Shown piece by piece: positions 10,347 through 19,032 of a DNA stretch of 54,789 nt. Within the stretch, counting starts at the first letter, position 1. The number at the start of each line of letters is the position of its first letter. The notes under the pieces were generated by a model that worked only from the letters and a program-made list of their open reading frames with translations, did not search any database and was not told where the DNA came from. The translations under genes were made by a program, and so were the position numbers. The stretch comes from Promethearchaeota archaeon (GTDB lineage Archaea; Asgardarchaeota; Lokiarchaeia; Sigyniarchaeales; SOKP01), in NCBI GenBank assembly GCA_016840545.1, contig JAEOSD010000001.1, positions 1 through 54,789 of the forward strand, given 5' to 3'.

Positions 10347-11387
10347 TTATTTTAGCATCGAATAATTGTTTCGAATTGCAGTTTCTGCTTCTTTCATTAT
10401 TCTTTCAAAAATATCTTTAACATCGTCTATACTATCGATAATTCCAATAGATTGTCCAAGTAATACTGCACCATTTTTAGTATCTCCATTATAAACTCTA
10501 TCATAAGCTCCTAAATCACGTACTCTTTGCTCATCAGTTATAGATTGTTCATAAGCTATCATTTCCTCTTTAGAACTTGGCGCTGGATGTGATAACGCAT
10601 ATTCATTTTTATATAAACGAATAGGTCCAAATGCCCCTGTGAAAAGATCTGTATCTTGTGGTGTTCCTGGTGGAATTAATGATTTATACTTTTCATGAAA
10701 CTCGCTTTGTTTTGATGCAATAAATCGTGAGCCCATGGCTATTGCTCCTGCGCCTAAGGAAAGTGCCGCTGCCAATGCCTCTCCCGTAGCAAATCCTCCG
10801 CATGCTATCTTGGGTAAATTAGGGAAGGCTTTATTAATTTGTTGCAGCAAAACGAGCGTTGTAACTCGTTCATAGGATTGATGACCTCCTCCTTCAGTAC
10901 CAGTGATCACTATCCCATCTACACCAGCATCCACGCATTTCTGTGCAAGCCATATAGCAGGTGCTACATGAAAATGTTTAACTTCCGAATTTTCCCTTAA
11001 TTCTTGGAATGATTTAGACTTAGGCAGAATTTGTGAAGAACCTGCAGAAGTTAGCCAATATTTACATTGCTCTCTCATTTTTGGATTATCCATTACTATT
11101 TTAGGTAATTTTCTTACCATGTCTTGGACTCCTAGATTATTACGAGAAGTAAGAATATTGAGACCAAAGGGTTTATCTGTGTTTTCGATCATATATTCCA
11201 AACTTGAAATATGTTCCTCAACGGGATCTGTTCCCACTATGTTAACATTTGATAAAACTCCTAAACCACCAGCTTCACATACCGCAAGAGCTAAATCTCG
11301 TGTAAAAAAAGGTCCCATAGGGGCACTAAATATAGGATATTTTATCCCAAACATTTTAGTTATATTTGTTTCTATCATTTTTTTCAT
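10347..11387 (-). CDS. nitronate monooxygenase / FabK-like FMN-dependent enoyl reductase family protein
   Basis: 346 aa. The N-terminal FGIKYPIFSAPMG and GGLGVLS motifs, plus the TIM-barrel Gly-rich segments (GTEGGGH, GGFATGE), are typical of the NMO (2-nitropropane dioxygenase) family. Confidence 0.75.
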   Translation of the reverse strand: MKKMIETNITKMFGIKYPIFSAPMGPFFTRDLALAVCEAGGLGVLSNVNIVGTDPVEEHISSLEYMIENTDKPFGLNILTSRNNLGVQDMVRKLPKIVMDNPKMREQCKYWLTSAGSSQILPKSKSFQELRENSEVKHFHVAPAIWLAQKCVDAGVDGIVITGTEGGGHQSYERVTTLVLLQQINKAFPNLPKIACGGFATGEALAAALSLGAGAIAMGSRFIASKQSEFHEKYKSLIPPGTPQDTDLFTGAFGPIRLYKNEYALSHPAPSSKEEMIAYEQSITDEQRVRDLGAYDRVYNGDTKNGAVLLGQSIGIIDSIDDVKDIFERIMKEAETAIRNNYSMLK

Positions 11388-11449
11388 CTTTTTAAATTTT
11401 TAAAACTATATTTGATCTAAAATATTTAAAAAAATATTTAAGATTTAGA

Positions 11450-12625
11450 TTAAATCATTTCTACAAATTTGCCAGATTTAAATAAATCACAAGGTTTTAA
11501 ATAAGGTTTGCTTAATTTTTCAGCAGTTTCTTCTAAGAGCTTAGCCAATCGTTTGTAATTCTTAGTAGCATATTCCATTGGTCCTGGAAAATTCATGCCT
11601 GCTAAGATTGCTTCATCGATTTTTTTCCAGCTTGTTACGACTCCTTCTTCTAGGATCCTACATCCTTCATTAGCATTAATCGCGTTAAAAATATCCTGAT
11701 TAACAAGTCCTGCCTTTTTAGAGAGATCAGGTTGAGGCCTTCCCTTTGACCAATCGTAGAATCCTTGTCCAGTTTTTTTCCCTAAAGTTCCCTTTTCTAT
11801 TTGCATGGTTAAAACTTTCCCAGGTTTATAATCTGATGAAAGTTTTACGCTATAGTAAAGTTGACCATGATACGATATATCACGCCCTGTAAAATCTGAT
11901 AACGTTAATAAAGACATTGGACTATTTGGTCCAGTTAGATCTGCATCTACTTGTTCCCAAGGAATACCCTTCTCATAAGCTAAATCAATAATGTAATTAA
12001 AATAAATACTACGTGGTGAAAGTACACGATTAACAATAAAACCTGGACGATCCTTTAGTACACGAGCAACATATCTTTCTCCTCTCAAGCATGGTAGTGA
12101 TTTCGAAACTTCAACTCCTATATCCATAGATTCATCAGAGCTTTTATCACCCTTAATTACTTCAATGAGACGCATTAATGGAGCTGGGTTAAAAAAATGC
12201 ATTCCTATTACATTTTCAGGCTTACTACATTTCTCAGCGATCTCAGTAATACTCATTGTAGAAGTGTTCGAAGCAAAAATACAATGATCAGGAGAATTTT
12301 CAATAACATCTTTACAAAGATTTTGTTTTATATCTAATTTTTCTACAACTGCTTCAATTACTAAATCTGCATCCTTAACAGCTTCAATGATATCTTTAGA
12401 TGTTTTTAGTTTTGCTAAATAATCTGTCGCACTTGAATCTTCAGGCAACTTGCCTTTTGATTCCATCTTCTCAAATCCAGTTTTTATGTAATCCAAACCT
12501 TTTTCAATAATTTCATCACTTATATCAACTGCTGTCACATTGTAACCTGCCATTAAACAAACTTGGGCAATCCCCTTACCCATATCGCCAAAACCAAGCA
12601 TAACAATATGCTTAACATTCACCAT
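11450..12625 (-). CDS. 3-hydroxyacyl-CoA dehydrogenase (NAD-binding plus C-terminal domains, extended C-terminus)
   Basis: 391 aa with Rossmann VMLGFGDMGKGIA, NTSTMSI and HFFNPAP motifs of the 3HCDH family. An additional C-terminal helical half-domain is present. Confidence 0.85.
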   Translation of the reverse strand: MVNVKHIVMLGFGDMGKGIAQVCLMAGYNVTAVDISDEIIEKGLDYIKTGFEKMESKGKLPEDSSATDYLAKLKTSKDIIEAVKDADLVIEAVVEKLDIKQNLCKDVIENSPDHCIFASNTSTMSITEIAEKCSKPENVIGMHFFNPAPLMRLIEVIKGDKSSDESMDIGVEVSKSLPCLRGERYVARVLKDRPGFIVNRVLSPRSIYFNYIIDLAYEKGIPWEQVDADLTGPNSPMSLLTLSDFTGRDISYHGQLYYSVKLSSDYKPGKVLTMQIEKGTLGKKTGQGFYDWSKGRPQPDLSKKAGLVNQDIFNAINANEGCRILEEGVVTSWKKIDEAILAGMNFPGPMEYATKNYKRLAKLLEETAEKLSKPYLKPCDLFKSGKFVEMI

Positions 12626-12691
12626 TTATTTCGACTTCAGTTTTTTCTGTTAATATAAGTTATAAATATACACTACACATTAAATAATCTT

Positions 12692-12719
12692 TTAAACCTC
12701 AATTCTACTTGAGGTTTAA
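12692..12719. promoter_or_regulatory. perfect 11-bp inverted repeat (candidate operator) in a divergent promoter region
   Basis: TTAAACCTCAA (12692-12702), then TTCTAC, then TTGAGGTTTAA (12709-12719). It lies between the minus-strand hbd start (12625) and the plus-strand crotonase start (12838). Confidence 0.3.
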
Positions 12720-12837
12720 TTTAGGGGAAATTAAATAGGATATATGCTTAAATTTTTCTTAAATATTTTTATTTAAAAAATTAATAAATAGCTAAAGATT
12801 GTACAATTTAAATCAAAATAGAAGGTGAATATAAAAA

Positions 12838-13665
12838 ATGTCTAAAGAGAGAAAATTAGAACATATTAATGTAGATAAAATAGCCGATGAAAATTATGGT
12901 GTAATAGAAATAAACCGGCCTGAAAAGTTGAATGCTCTCCAAAACCAAACACTAAGAGAGATTACTGAAGCATTAGAAGTTATGGAGGTTGATCAAAGTA
13001 TCCGATGTGTAGTACTACGTGGAACTAAAAAGTATTCAAAGAAACCTGCTTTCTCTGCTGGTGCTGACCTCTCAGATAGAGGAAGTGCTGATCTTGATCC
13101 AGATAATTTAAGGCATCAAAGTCATGCAATGTATAGAAGACATAAATATTATAATTTAATTGAGGCATTTCCAAAACCAATCATAGCTGCTATTGATGGA
13201 TATGCTTTGGGCGGAGGTTTTGAATTAGTCTTAGTCTGTGATATATCTATTGCTTCTAAACGCTCAATATTTGGGTTTCCTGAAATTCAACGCGGTATTT
13301 TTCCTGCTAATGGCGGAACTCAACGATTAATAAGAAATCTTGGTAAAATGAGAGTAAAGAGAATGATGTTTTTTGGTGAACATTATACTGCTGAACAAAT
13401 GTTTGAATGGGGAGTTATCTCTTTCGTGGTGGATGAAGATAAATTTGAAGATTTCGTTCATGAGAGGGCATCTTGGTTAGGAAATGCGGCCACAAACAGT
13501 TTATTTTTAATTAAGAAGAGTATTGACTATGGAACTCAAACACCACTAAATATTGGTTTACAGTTTGAACAAATGGGTTATGCAATTAACTCTCGAAGTA
13601 AGGATGTAGCTGAAGGTGTCAATGCATTTTTACAAAAGAGAAAACCAACATTTCAAGGCAAATAA
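12838..13665 (+). CDS. enoyl-CoA hydratase/isomerase (crotonase family)
   Basis: 275 aa with oxyanion-hole segments FSAGADL and GYALGGGFELVLVCD. GGTGA lies 9 nt upstream of the ATG. Confidence 0.85.
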   Translation: MSKERKLEHINVDKIADENYGVIEINRPEKLNALQNQTLREITEALEVMEVDQSIRCVVLRGTKKYSKKPAFSAGADLSDRGSADLDPDNLRHQSHAMYRRHKYYNLIEAFPKPIIAAIDGYALGGGFELVLVCDISIASKRSIFGFPEIQRGIFPANGGTQRLIRNLGKMRVKRMMFFGEHYTAEQMFEWGVISFVVDEDKFEDFVHERASWLGNAATNSLFLIKKSIDYGTQTPLNIGLQFEQMGYAINSRSKDVAEGVNAFLQKRKPTFQGK

Positions 13666-13678
13666 ATCATAAATTCAA

Positions 13679-13687
13679 TTTTTTTTT
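13679..13687 (+). terminator. oligo-T tract downstream of crotonase gene
   Basis: T9 run beginning 14 nt after the TAA stop at 13663-13665. This is an archaeal-type termination signal. The call is weak because the genome is AT-rich. Confidence 0.3.
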
Positions 13688-13822
13688 ATATTAGGAGATT
13701 CATTATTTGATGGATTAATTCCATTCTCTTATTTAAGATAGTTTAATGACCTCTTCAATAAATTTTATAATAAATGAAATTTTCTACAATAAAAAATATT
13801 ATAAAAAAAGAGTGAAAATAGA

Positions 13823-15103
13823 ATGAATTTAAAAGAAGTCTGGTTAATTGATTACGCTCGAACAGCTTTTTCACGCTCCAGGCCAGAACAACCTAAAAGA
13901 GATGTTTTTGGTGATATTCGTGGAGATGAATTACTTGCTGATTTATTAATAAAATTTTTTGATGGAAAATTAGCTGATAAGGGTATAACTAAAAAAGATA
14001 TTGAAGAAGCATCGATAGGGATTGCCTCTGGAGTACTAGAAAATTGGACTTATGGCGGAAAAATTCCTCTCTTTTTATCAGGATTTCCAAATGAAGTGTC
14101 TTCATTTATGATTGATAAACAATGTGGTTCAGCTGGCGCTGGGATGCATGCATTGATAATGCATATTATGACAGGTAATAGTAAAAGGGTATTAGCGACT
14201 GGTTTTGAACATATGACAAGAGTTCGAAGAATCGGTATTAACCCTGAGTGGGAACGATTTACCGACAAGAATAGCAAGTTTTATAATCCCGATATTGATA
14301 TAATGAATTCGATAAATATGTTACAAACTGCTCAAAGATTATATGAAGAAGAAGTGCCACGGTTTACAAAAGAAGATTTAGATAAATTTGGAGTAAGGAG
14401 TCATAATTTAACAGTTAAAAACCAAGAAGCTGGATGGTTTAAAGACGAGATAATTCCGATGAAAGGTCATGCTGAAGGAAATGATAGTGAGCCAATGATA
14501 ATTGATAAAGATATGGCAGCAAGAAAATCTACTTTAGAGGGAGTTGCAGGATTGCGTAGAATATCTATACCGTTTTATTTAGAAAAAAATGGTGGAAAAA
14601 AGGGATACATTGAAAGAGAAGGAACTGAGGAAGGTGTAATTACTGCGGGAAATTCATCTCCTTTAAATGCAGGTGCTACAGCAGCAATTTTTATGGAAGC
14701 AGAAGAGGCAAAAAAAAGAGGATTAGAACCAATGGCGAGAATTGTTTCAATTGGGTGGGCAGCAGTAGATCCAAGAGTTATGGGGCGAGGACCAGTTCCT
14801 GCAACTCGAAAAGCATTAGAATATGCGGGATTAAAGGCAGATGATATAGATTACTGGGAAATAAACGAGGCTTTTTGTATAGTTGCGTTAAATTGTATGG
14901 ATAAATTCAATATTCCAGAAGATAAGGTCAATGTTATGGGAGGCTCTACCGCGATTGGACATCCTCTAGGATCGACAGTGATTCGTCTTACTGGGACATT
15001 AGCACGTATATTAAAAGATAAAAATGCAAAATATGGTGTAGCTAATGCTTGTGTGGGAGGAGGACAAGGAATAGCAACTGTAATTGAAAATCTAGATGCG
15101 TAA
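13823..15103 (+). CDS. acetyl-CoA C-acyltransferase (thiolase)
   Basis: 426 aa with the active-site Cys context DKQCGSAG, plus NEAFC, GHPLGSTV and the C-terminal CVGGGQG. Confidence 0.9.
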   Translation: MNLKEVWLIDYARTAFSRSRPEQPKRDVFGDIRGDELLADLLIKFFDGKLADKGITKKDIEEASIGIASGVLENWTYGGKIPLFLSGFPNEVSSFMIDKQCGSAGAGMHALIMHIMTGNSKRVLATGFEHMTRVRRIGINPEWERFTDKNSKFYNPDIDIMNSINMLQTAQRLYEEEVPRFTKEDLDKFGVRSHNLTVKNQEAGWFKDEIIPMKGHAEGNDSEPMIIDKDMAARKSTLEGVAGLRRISIPFYLEKNGGKKGYIEREGTEEGVITAGNSSPLNAGATAAIFMEAEEAKKRGLEPMARIVSIGWAAVDPRVMGRGPVPATRKALEYAGLKADDIDYWEINEAFCIVALNCMDKFNIPEDKVNVMGGSTAIGHPLGSTVIRLTGTLARILKDKNAKYGVANACVGGGQGIATVIENLDA

Positions 15104-15256
15104 TTTCAGCTTTATATTACACTTTTTTTATCTATTTCATTTTAAAAATTTATTTAGGAAAATCTAAGAAAAGGTAATTTTCAAAGAAAATTATTATTTT
15201 ACAGTATATATTCAAAATAAAAGAAAATAAATTATTTAGTTAAAGTTGATAAAATA

Positions 15257-16096
15257 TTGTCAGAATTAAATCTTGATGTTATAGGAAAAAAATTTCCTGA
15301 GGTTACTTTTAAATATAATTGGAAAGATGTAGTACTTTATGCTTTAGGGATTGGGGCTCAGGTAGACGAGTTACAATTTTTATATGAAGAATTTTCTGGA
15401 GGATTAAAAGTCTTCCCTAGTTATGCCTGCATAATTGGTGGAGCGAGCCTCCAACTTCAGAGGCTTGGTAAAATCGCTTTTTCACACTTTGTTCATGGCG
15501 AGCAGTCAATTAAGCTTTACAAATCTTTTTCTTCATCAGATGAAATAATTTGTCAAGCAGAAGTTGAAAATATTTTTGATAAAGGAAAAGCTGCTGTTAT
15601 ACATATGAAAGTATCAGGGTACAAGATTGGAGGTGAAGCTGTATTTGATACTAAATGGGTATTTTTTTACCTCAAGGGGGGTGGCTTTGGTGGGGATCCG
15701 GGTCCTAAAACTGAACCATTAAATCCTCCTGAAGGAGTAGATCCAGATTTTAATATCTCCTATAAAACTAACGAAAATCAAGCTGCTTTGTATAGGCTTA
15801 ATGGTGATTTAAACCCTTTACATATAGATCCTGAATTTGCCAGTAAAAGTGGGCAATTTAAGGGCCCAATTCTCCATGGTCTATGTACGTATGGATTCGC
15901 AACACGTGCTATAATTTATGGTGCCTGTAATGGAAAGGTGGAGCGCTTAAAAGAATTCAAAGCGCGATTTACAAGTGAAGTATATCCTGGAGAAACTTTA
16001 AATACAGAAGGTTGGAAAGATAATGAACGCTATATAATTCAAGTAAAAACAGAAAGAGCAGTAGTTCTTGGAAATGCCTATGCTTTAGTAGAATAA
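15257..16096 (+). CDS. MaoC-like (R)-specific enoyl-CoA hydratase, double hot-dog (hydratase-2 type)
   Basis: 279 aa with the hydratase-2 motif YRLNGDLNPLHIDPEFA in the C-terminal half and a degenerate N-terminal hot-dog. It has a TTG start. Confidence 0.85.
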   Translation: MSELNLDVIGKKFPEVTFKYNWKDVVLYALGIGAQVDELQFLYEEFSGGLKVFPSYACIIGGASLQLQRLGKIAFSHFVHGEQSIKLYKSFSSSDEIICQAEVENIFDKGKAAVIHMKVSGYKIGGEAVFDTKWVFFYLKGGGFGGDPGPKTEPLNPPEGVDPDFNISYKTNENQAALYRLNGDLNPLHIDPEFASKSGQFKGPILHGLCTYGFATRAIIYGACNGKVERLKEFKARFTSEVYPGETLNTEGWKDNERYIIQVKTERAVVLGNAYALVE

Positions 16097-16151
16097 TATC
16101 AAATAAACATTTGTAGATTAATTTTAAAATAAAAAGAAAAAAGTAATTTTT

Positions 16152-17288
16152 TTATTTTATTTTTGGAGGGAGCATTCTTACTATTCTTGGACTTTCAATA
16201 AGAGATATCGCATTTTCGGGGCAGAAATATGCACAAACACCACATCCGACACAAAATTCTTCAAATCTTTCTGCTTTATTATCATCATTTAATTCAATTG
16301 CTTTGTTATAACATTTCTCAACACATGTGCCACATCCTATGCATAAATTATGATCTATACTGGCTAGGTAATTGGTTGCATTAGCTGTGGGAAAAATTAA
16401 GCCCTCTCTAGCATTTAAACAACAACAACTACAACAATTACAAATTGCTACTTCCTCTTTTTTAGTATCGCTATGTAAATGATATGCTTTATGAACTAAT
16501 CCAGCTTCTTCACACTTCTTCAATATTTTTAATGCCTCCTCCTTGGATATTAAAGTTGAGAAGCCATGATTTGAAGTATGTCTAGCAGACTTGCCTAGAG
16601 TAAAACAACTCGGCGTAAGTTCAATTTGTTTGCACGGTTTACCTAAAAACTCATTATGTTGCCTGCAATAACAATAACCTACTGCTATGTCATCATATTT
16701 TTCAATTAACTCTTTAATTCTTTGAGTAGGTAATAGTTTTTCTATAGGAACATCTAATTCTTTATTTACAATAATTTCAAGTTCTTCACCTGTTTCTTGG
16801 TTCTCCAAGATTGGGACAGTTCTATCTGTAGGTGGTAAACCATTTATTGTCGATTTAAATCTCTCGTAATTTGACTGAACAAGATCTCTTAATTCTTCAT
16901 TAAAATTATGAAATAATTTTGCATACTGATTATTTTCTCCTGTTTTATCAAGTTTTTTCATGAAAGTATATTCAAATTGTCTTGCAATTGGTAGTAATCG
17001 ATAAACCATAATGCCTTTACTACTCGGTTGATTGAATAACACACCTTTCTTTGCAAGAGCATCAGCCTTTTTTAAAATTTCTTCCTCAGATAATCCACTG
17101 CTTTCTTTAAGTTGTTCCATTGTCTGTGAAATATTATCCTTGAATGCCATCACGAGATCCAAGTTTTCTTCTTTTATATTGAACTTCAAAATATTAAGCA
17201 TTGTTTTTGTAATTGGATAAGGAAAGCCTCCTGCTTTTTTTATTATATTAGCGGCTTTCAGGTATTCTTCTTTAAAATCATTTGCCAT
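16152..17288 (-). CDS. uncharacterised Cys-rich Fe-S protein with C-terminal 2x[4Fe-4S] ferredoxin domain
   Basis: 378 aa with CIGCGTCVEKC and CVGCGVCAYFCP ferredoxin motifs. Extra Cys clusters YCYCRQH...PCKQ...SCF and CNCCSCCC are present. The N-terminal ~100 aa look wHTH-like (GLSEEEILKKADALAKKGVLF). It lies downstream of abfD on the same strand. Confidence 0.6.
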   Translation of the reverse strand: MANDFKEEYLKAANIIKKAGGFPYPITKTMLNILKFNIKEENLDLVMAFKDNISQTMEQLKESSGLSEEEILKKADALAKKGVLFNQPSSKGIMVYRLLPIARQFEYTFMKKLDKTGENNQYAKLFHNFNEELRDLVQSNYERFKSTINGLPPTDRTVPILENQETGEELEIIVNKELDVPIEKLLPTQRIKELIEKYDDIAVGYCYCRQHNEFLGKPCKQIELTPSCFTLGKSARHTSNHGFSTLISKEEALKILKKCEEAGLVHKAYHLHSDTKKEEVAICNCCSCCCLNAREGLIFPTANATNYLASIDHNLCIGCGTCVEKCYNKAIELNDDNKAERFEEFCVGCGVCAYFCPENAISLIESPRIVRMLPPKIK

Positions 17289-17302
17289 ATTTAAAACCTG
17301 GA

Positions 17303-17320
17303 TTTTTTTTTTTTTTTTTT
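17303..17320. repeat. T18 homopolymer (A18 on the coding strand of the flanking genes)
   Basis: 18 consecutive T, counted directly. It begins 15 nt upstream of the Fe-S protein start (17288), in the abfD/Fe-S intergenic spacer. Confidence 0.9.
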
Positions 17321-17463
17321 GTTTATATCTTGAATATAATAATTTTAATTTGTTATAGTGGTTAATAAGTATTTTATTCCAAAATTAGTAAAAATTAATT
17401 TCAATAAATATCCATCTAATAGAAGTTGATGAAAGATTATAAAATAAATGCTTTAAATAAAAT

Positions 17464-18909
17464 TCATTCAATTTCAAGTATCTTTTTTACTAGCTTCTTT
17501 TTCTCTTCTAAATTCGCTTGTCTAGATATCATAATTCTTTGAGCTTGAGGTGAGCCCGCACCATGCATTGATTCTGTTCTATAACTCACAGATGCAACAC
17601 CCATAGTTAAGTTCTCAATAAAACGTAATACTTTATATCTATCTTCAGCACAAATTCCCTCACATGTAGTCAAATACTTTTCAATTAATGGTCCTATCTC
17701 TTGAGATTTAATATCTGCTTCTGAGGGCATAGTACAAATGATTCCTCCTGCTAGATCTTCAGCGAGCCTTCCTATTTCGTAAGGAAATCGTGTAACATTT
17801 TGTTTACAGACATTTGCCAATAACATATCCATTTCATAATTCCCGGCTTCTCTTTGAAATCCTAATGAGCTACAAGCTATACCACAGCTGTATAAGGTTT
17901 CATTTAAATGTGTCATTTCAACAAGTTTGTCTCTAACATGGGATGCTTTCTCAGTCCCATTGTATTCCGAAATCAGAGCTGTAGCTCCTATAAGCACATC
18001 TCCAACTCCCACTTTACATCCTCCATAAGATTGTCGATGAAATCCAGCAAAACGATTTACTAATTCTCCGGAAAATTCGATTTCACCCTTCATAAAGATG
18101 TTCTCTTTAGGCACAAAGACATTATCAAACACTACAAAAATTTCTTGTCCGCCATACTTAAAATTCCCAATATCTAATTTACCTTCTTCCATTTTTCGAG
18201 TATCACAGGATTGCCTTCCATATATTAGCGTAATTCCCTTTTGGTTTGTATCAATTCCAAAACTAACAGCATATTCCTCTTCACCGCTCCTTAATGAGAG
18301 AGTGGGCATAATTATCGCCCGATGAGAATTAAGAAATCCTGTCTGATGAACTTTTGCACCCCGTACTATAATACCATCATCATTCTCGTCAACAATATGC
18401 AGATATGCATCAGAGTCTGGTTGATCTTTAGGTCTCTTACTTCTGTCTCCCTTTGTGTCTGTCATTGCTCCATCTACCATAAGATCTTGCCGTTGAACTT
18501 CGATCCAATATTTTTTAAATCGTTCATGGTAATTATTACCATACTTTTTATCCATTTCATAAGTTACACTGTATAGAGCATTTGCCGTATCAAAACCAAC
18601 ACATCGTTGGAAACAACAGGCCGTATGTTGCCCCAATAATCTTTGCATCTTAACTTTCTTAATCAAATCCTCTGTGGATTGGTGAATATGGGTGAACCGA
18701 TTAATTATCTCACCTGTTAAATGTGATTTTACCGTCATTAAATCTTTATATTCTTCCATTTGAGCTAATTCATAAATTTTCATTACAGTATTAATTGAGG
18801 GTTTTATAATAGGATGATTCCAAAATTCCTCAACTTTTTCGCCAAACAAATATAAGTTTACTGGACGTTTTATACTTTCTAAATACTCTTCAGGGGTTTT
18901 TAATGTCAT
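17464..18909 (-). CDS. abfD: 4-hydroxybutyryl-CoA dehydratase / vinylacetyl-CoA isomerase
   Basis: 481 aa. The [4Fe-4S] ligand pattern of AbfD is present: CCFQRCVG (C-x3-C) and FHRQSYGGCK (H-x6-C). The fold is HpaB/AbfD-like throughout. Confidence 0.85.
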   Translation of the reverse strand: MTLKTPEEYLESIKRPVNLYLFGEKVEEFWNHPIIKPSINTVMKIYELAQMEEYKDLMTVKSHLTGEIINRFTHIHQSTEDLIKKVKMQRLLGQHTACCFQRCVGFDTANALYSVTYEMDKKYGNNYHERFKKYWIEVQRQDLMVDGAMTDTKGDRSKRPKDQPDSDAYLHIVDENDDGIIVRGAKVHQTGFLNSHRAIIMPTLSLRSGEEEYAVSFGIDTNQKGITLIYGRQSCDTRKMEEGKLDIGNFKYGGQEIFVVFDNVFVPKENIFMKGEIEFSGELVNRFAGFHRQSYGGCKVGVGDVLIGATALISEYNGTEKASHVRDKLVEMTHLNETLYSCGIACSSLGFQREAGNYEMDMLLANVCKQNVTRFPYEIGRLAEDLAGGIICTMPSEADIKSQEIGPLIEKYLTTCEGICAEDRYKVLRFIENLTMGVASVSYRTESMHGAGSPQAQRIMISRQANLEEKKKLVKKILEIE

Positions 18910-19032
18910 TTTTATTCTAAATTTTTGATTTTTAACTATTTAATAAAAAATCGTTTAGTTATTAAAAATAATTCTAATAATTGTAAATTATTTCCTCATT
19001 GCTTATTAATATCTCTCTGACACTTTCTAAAT

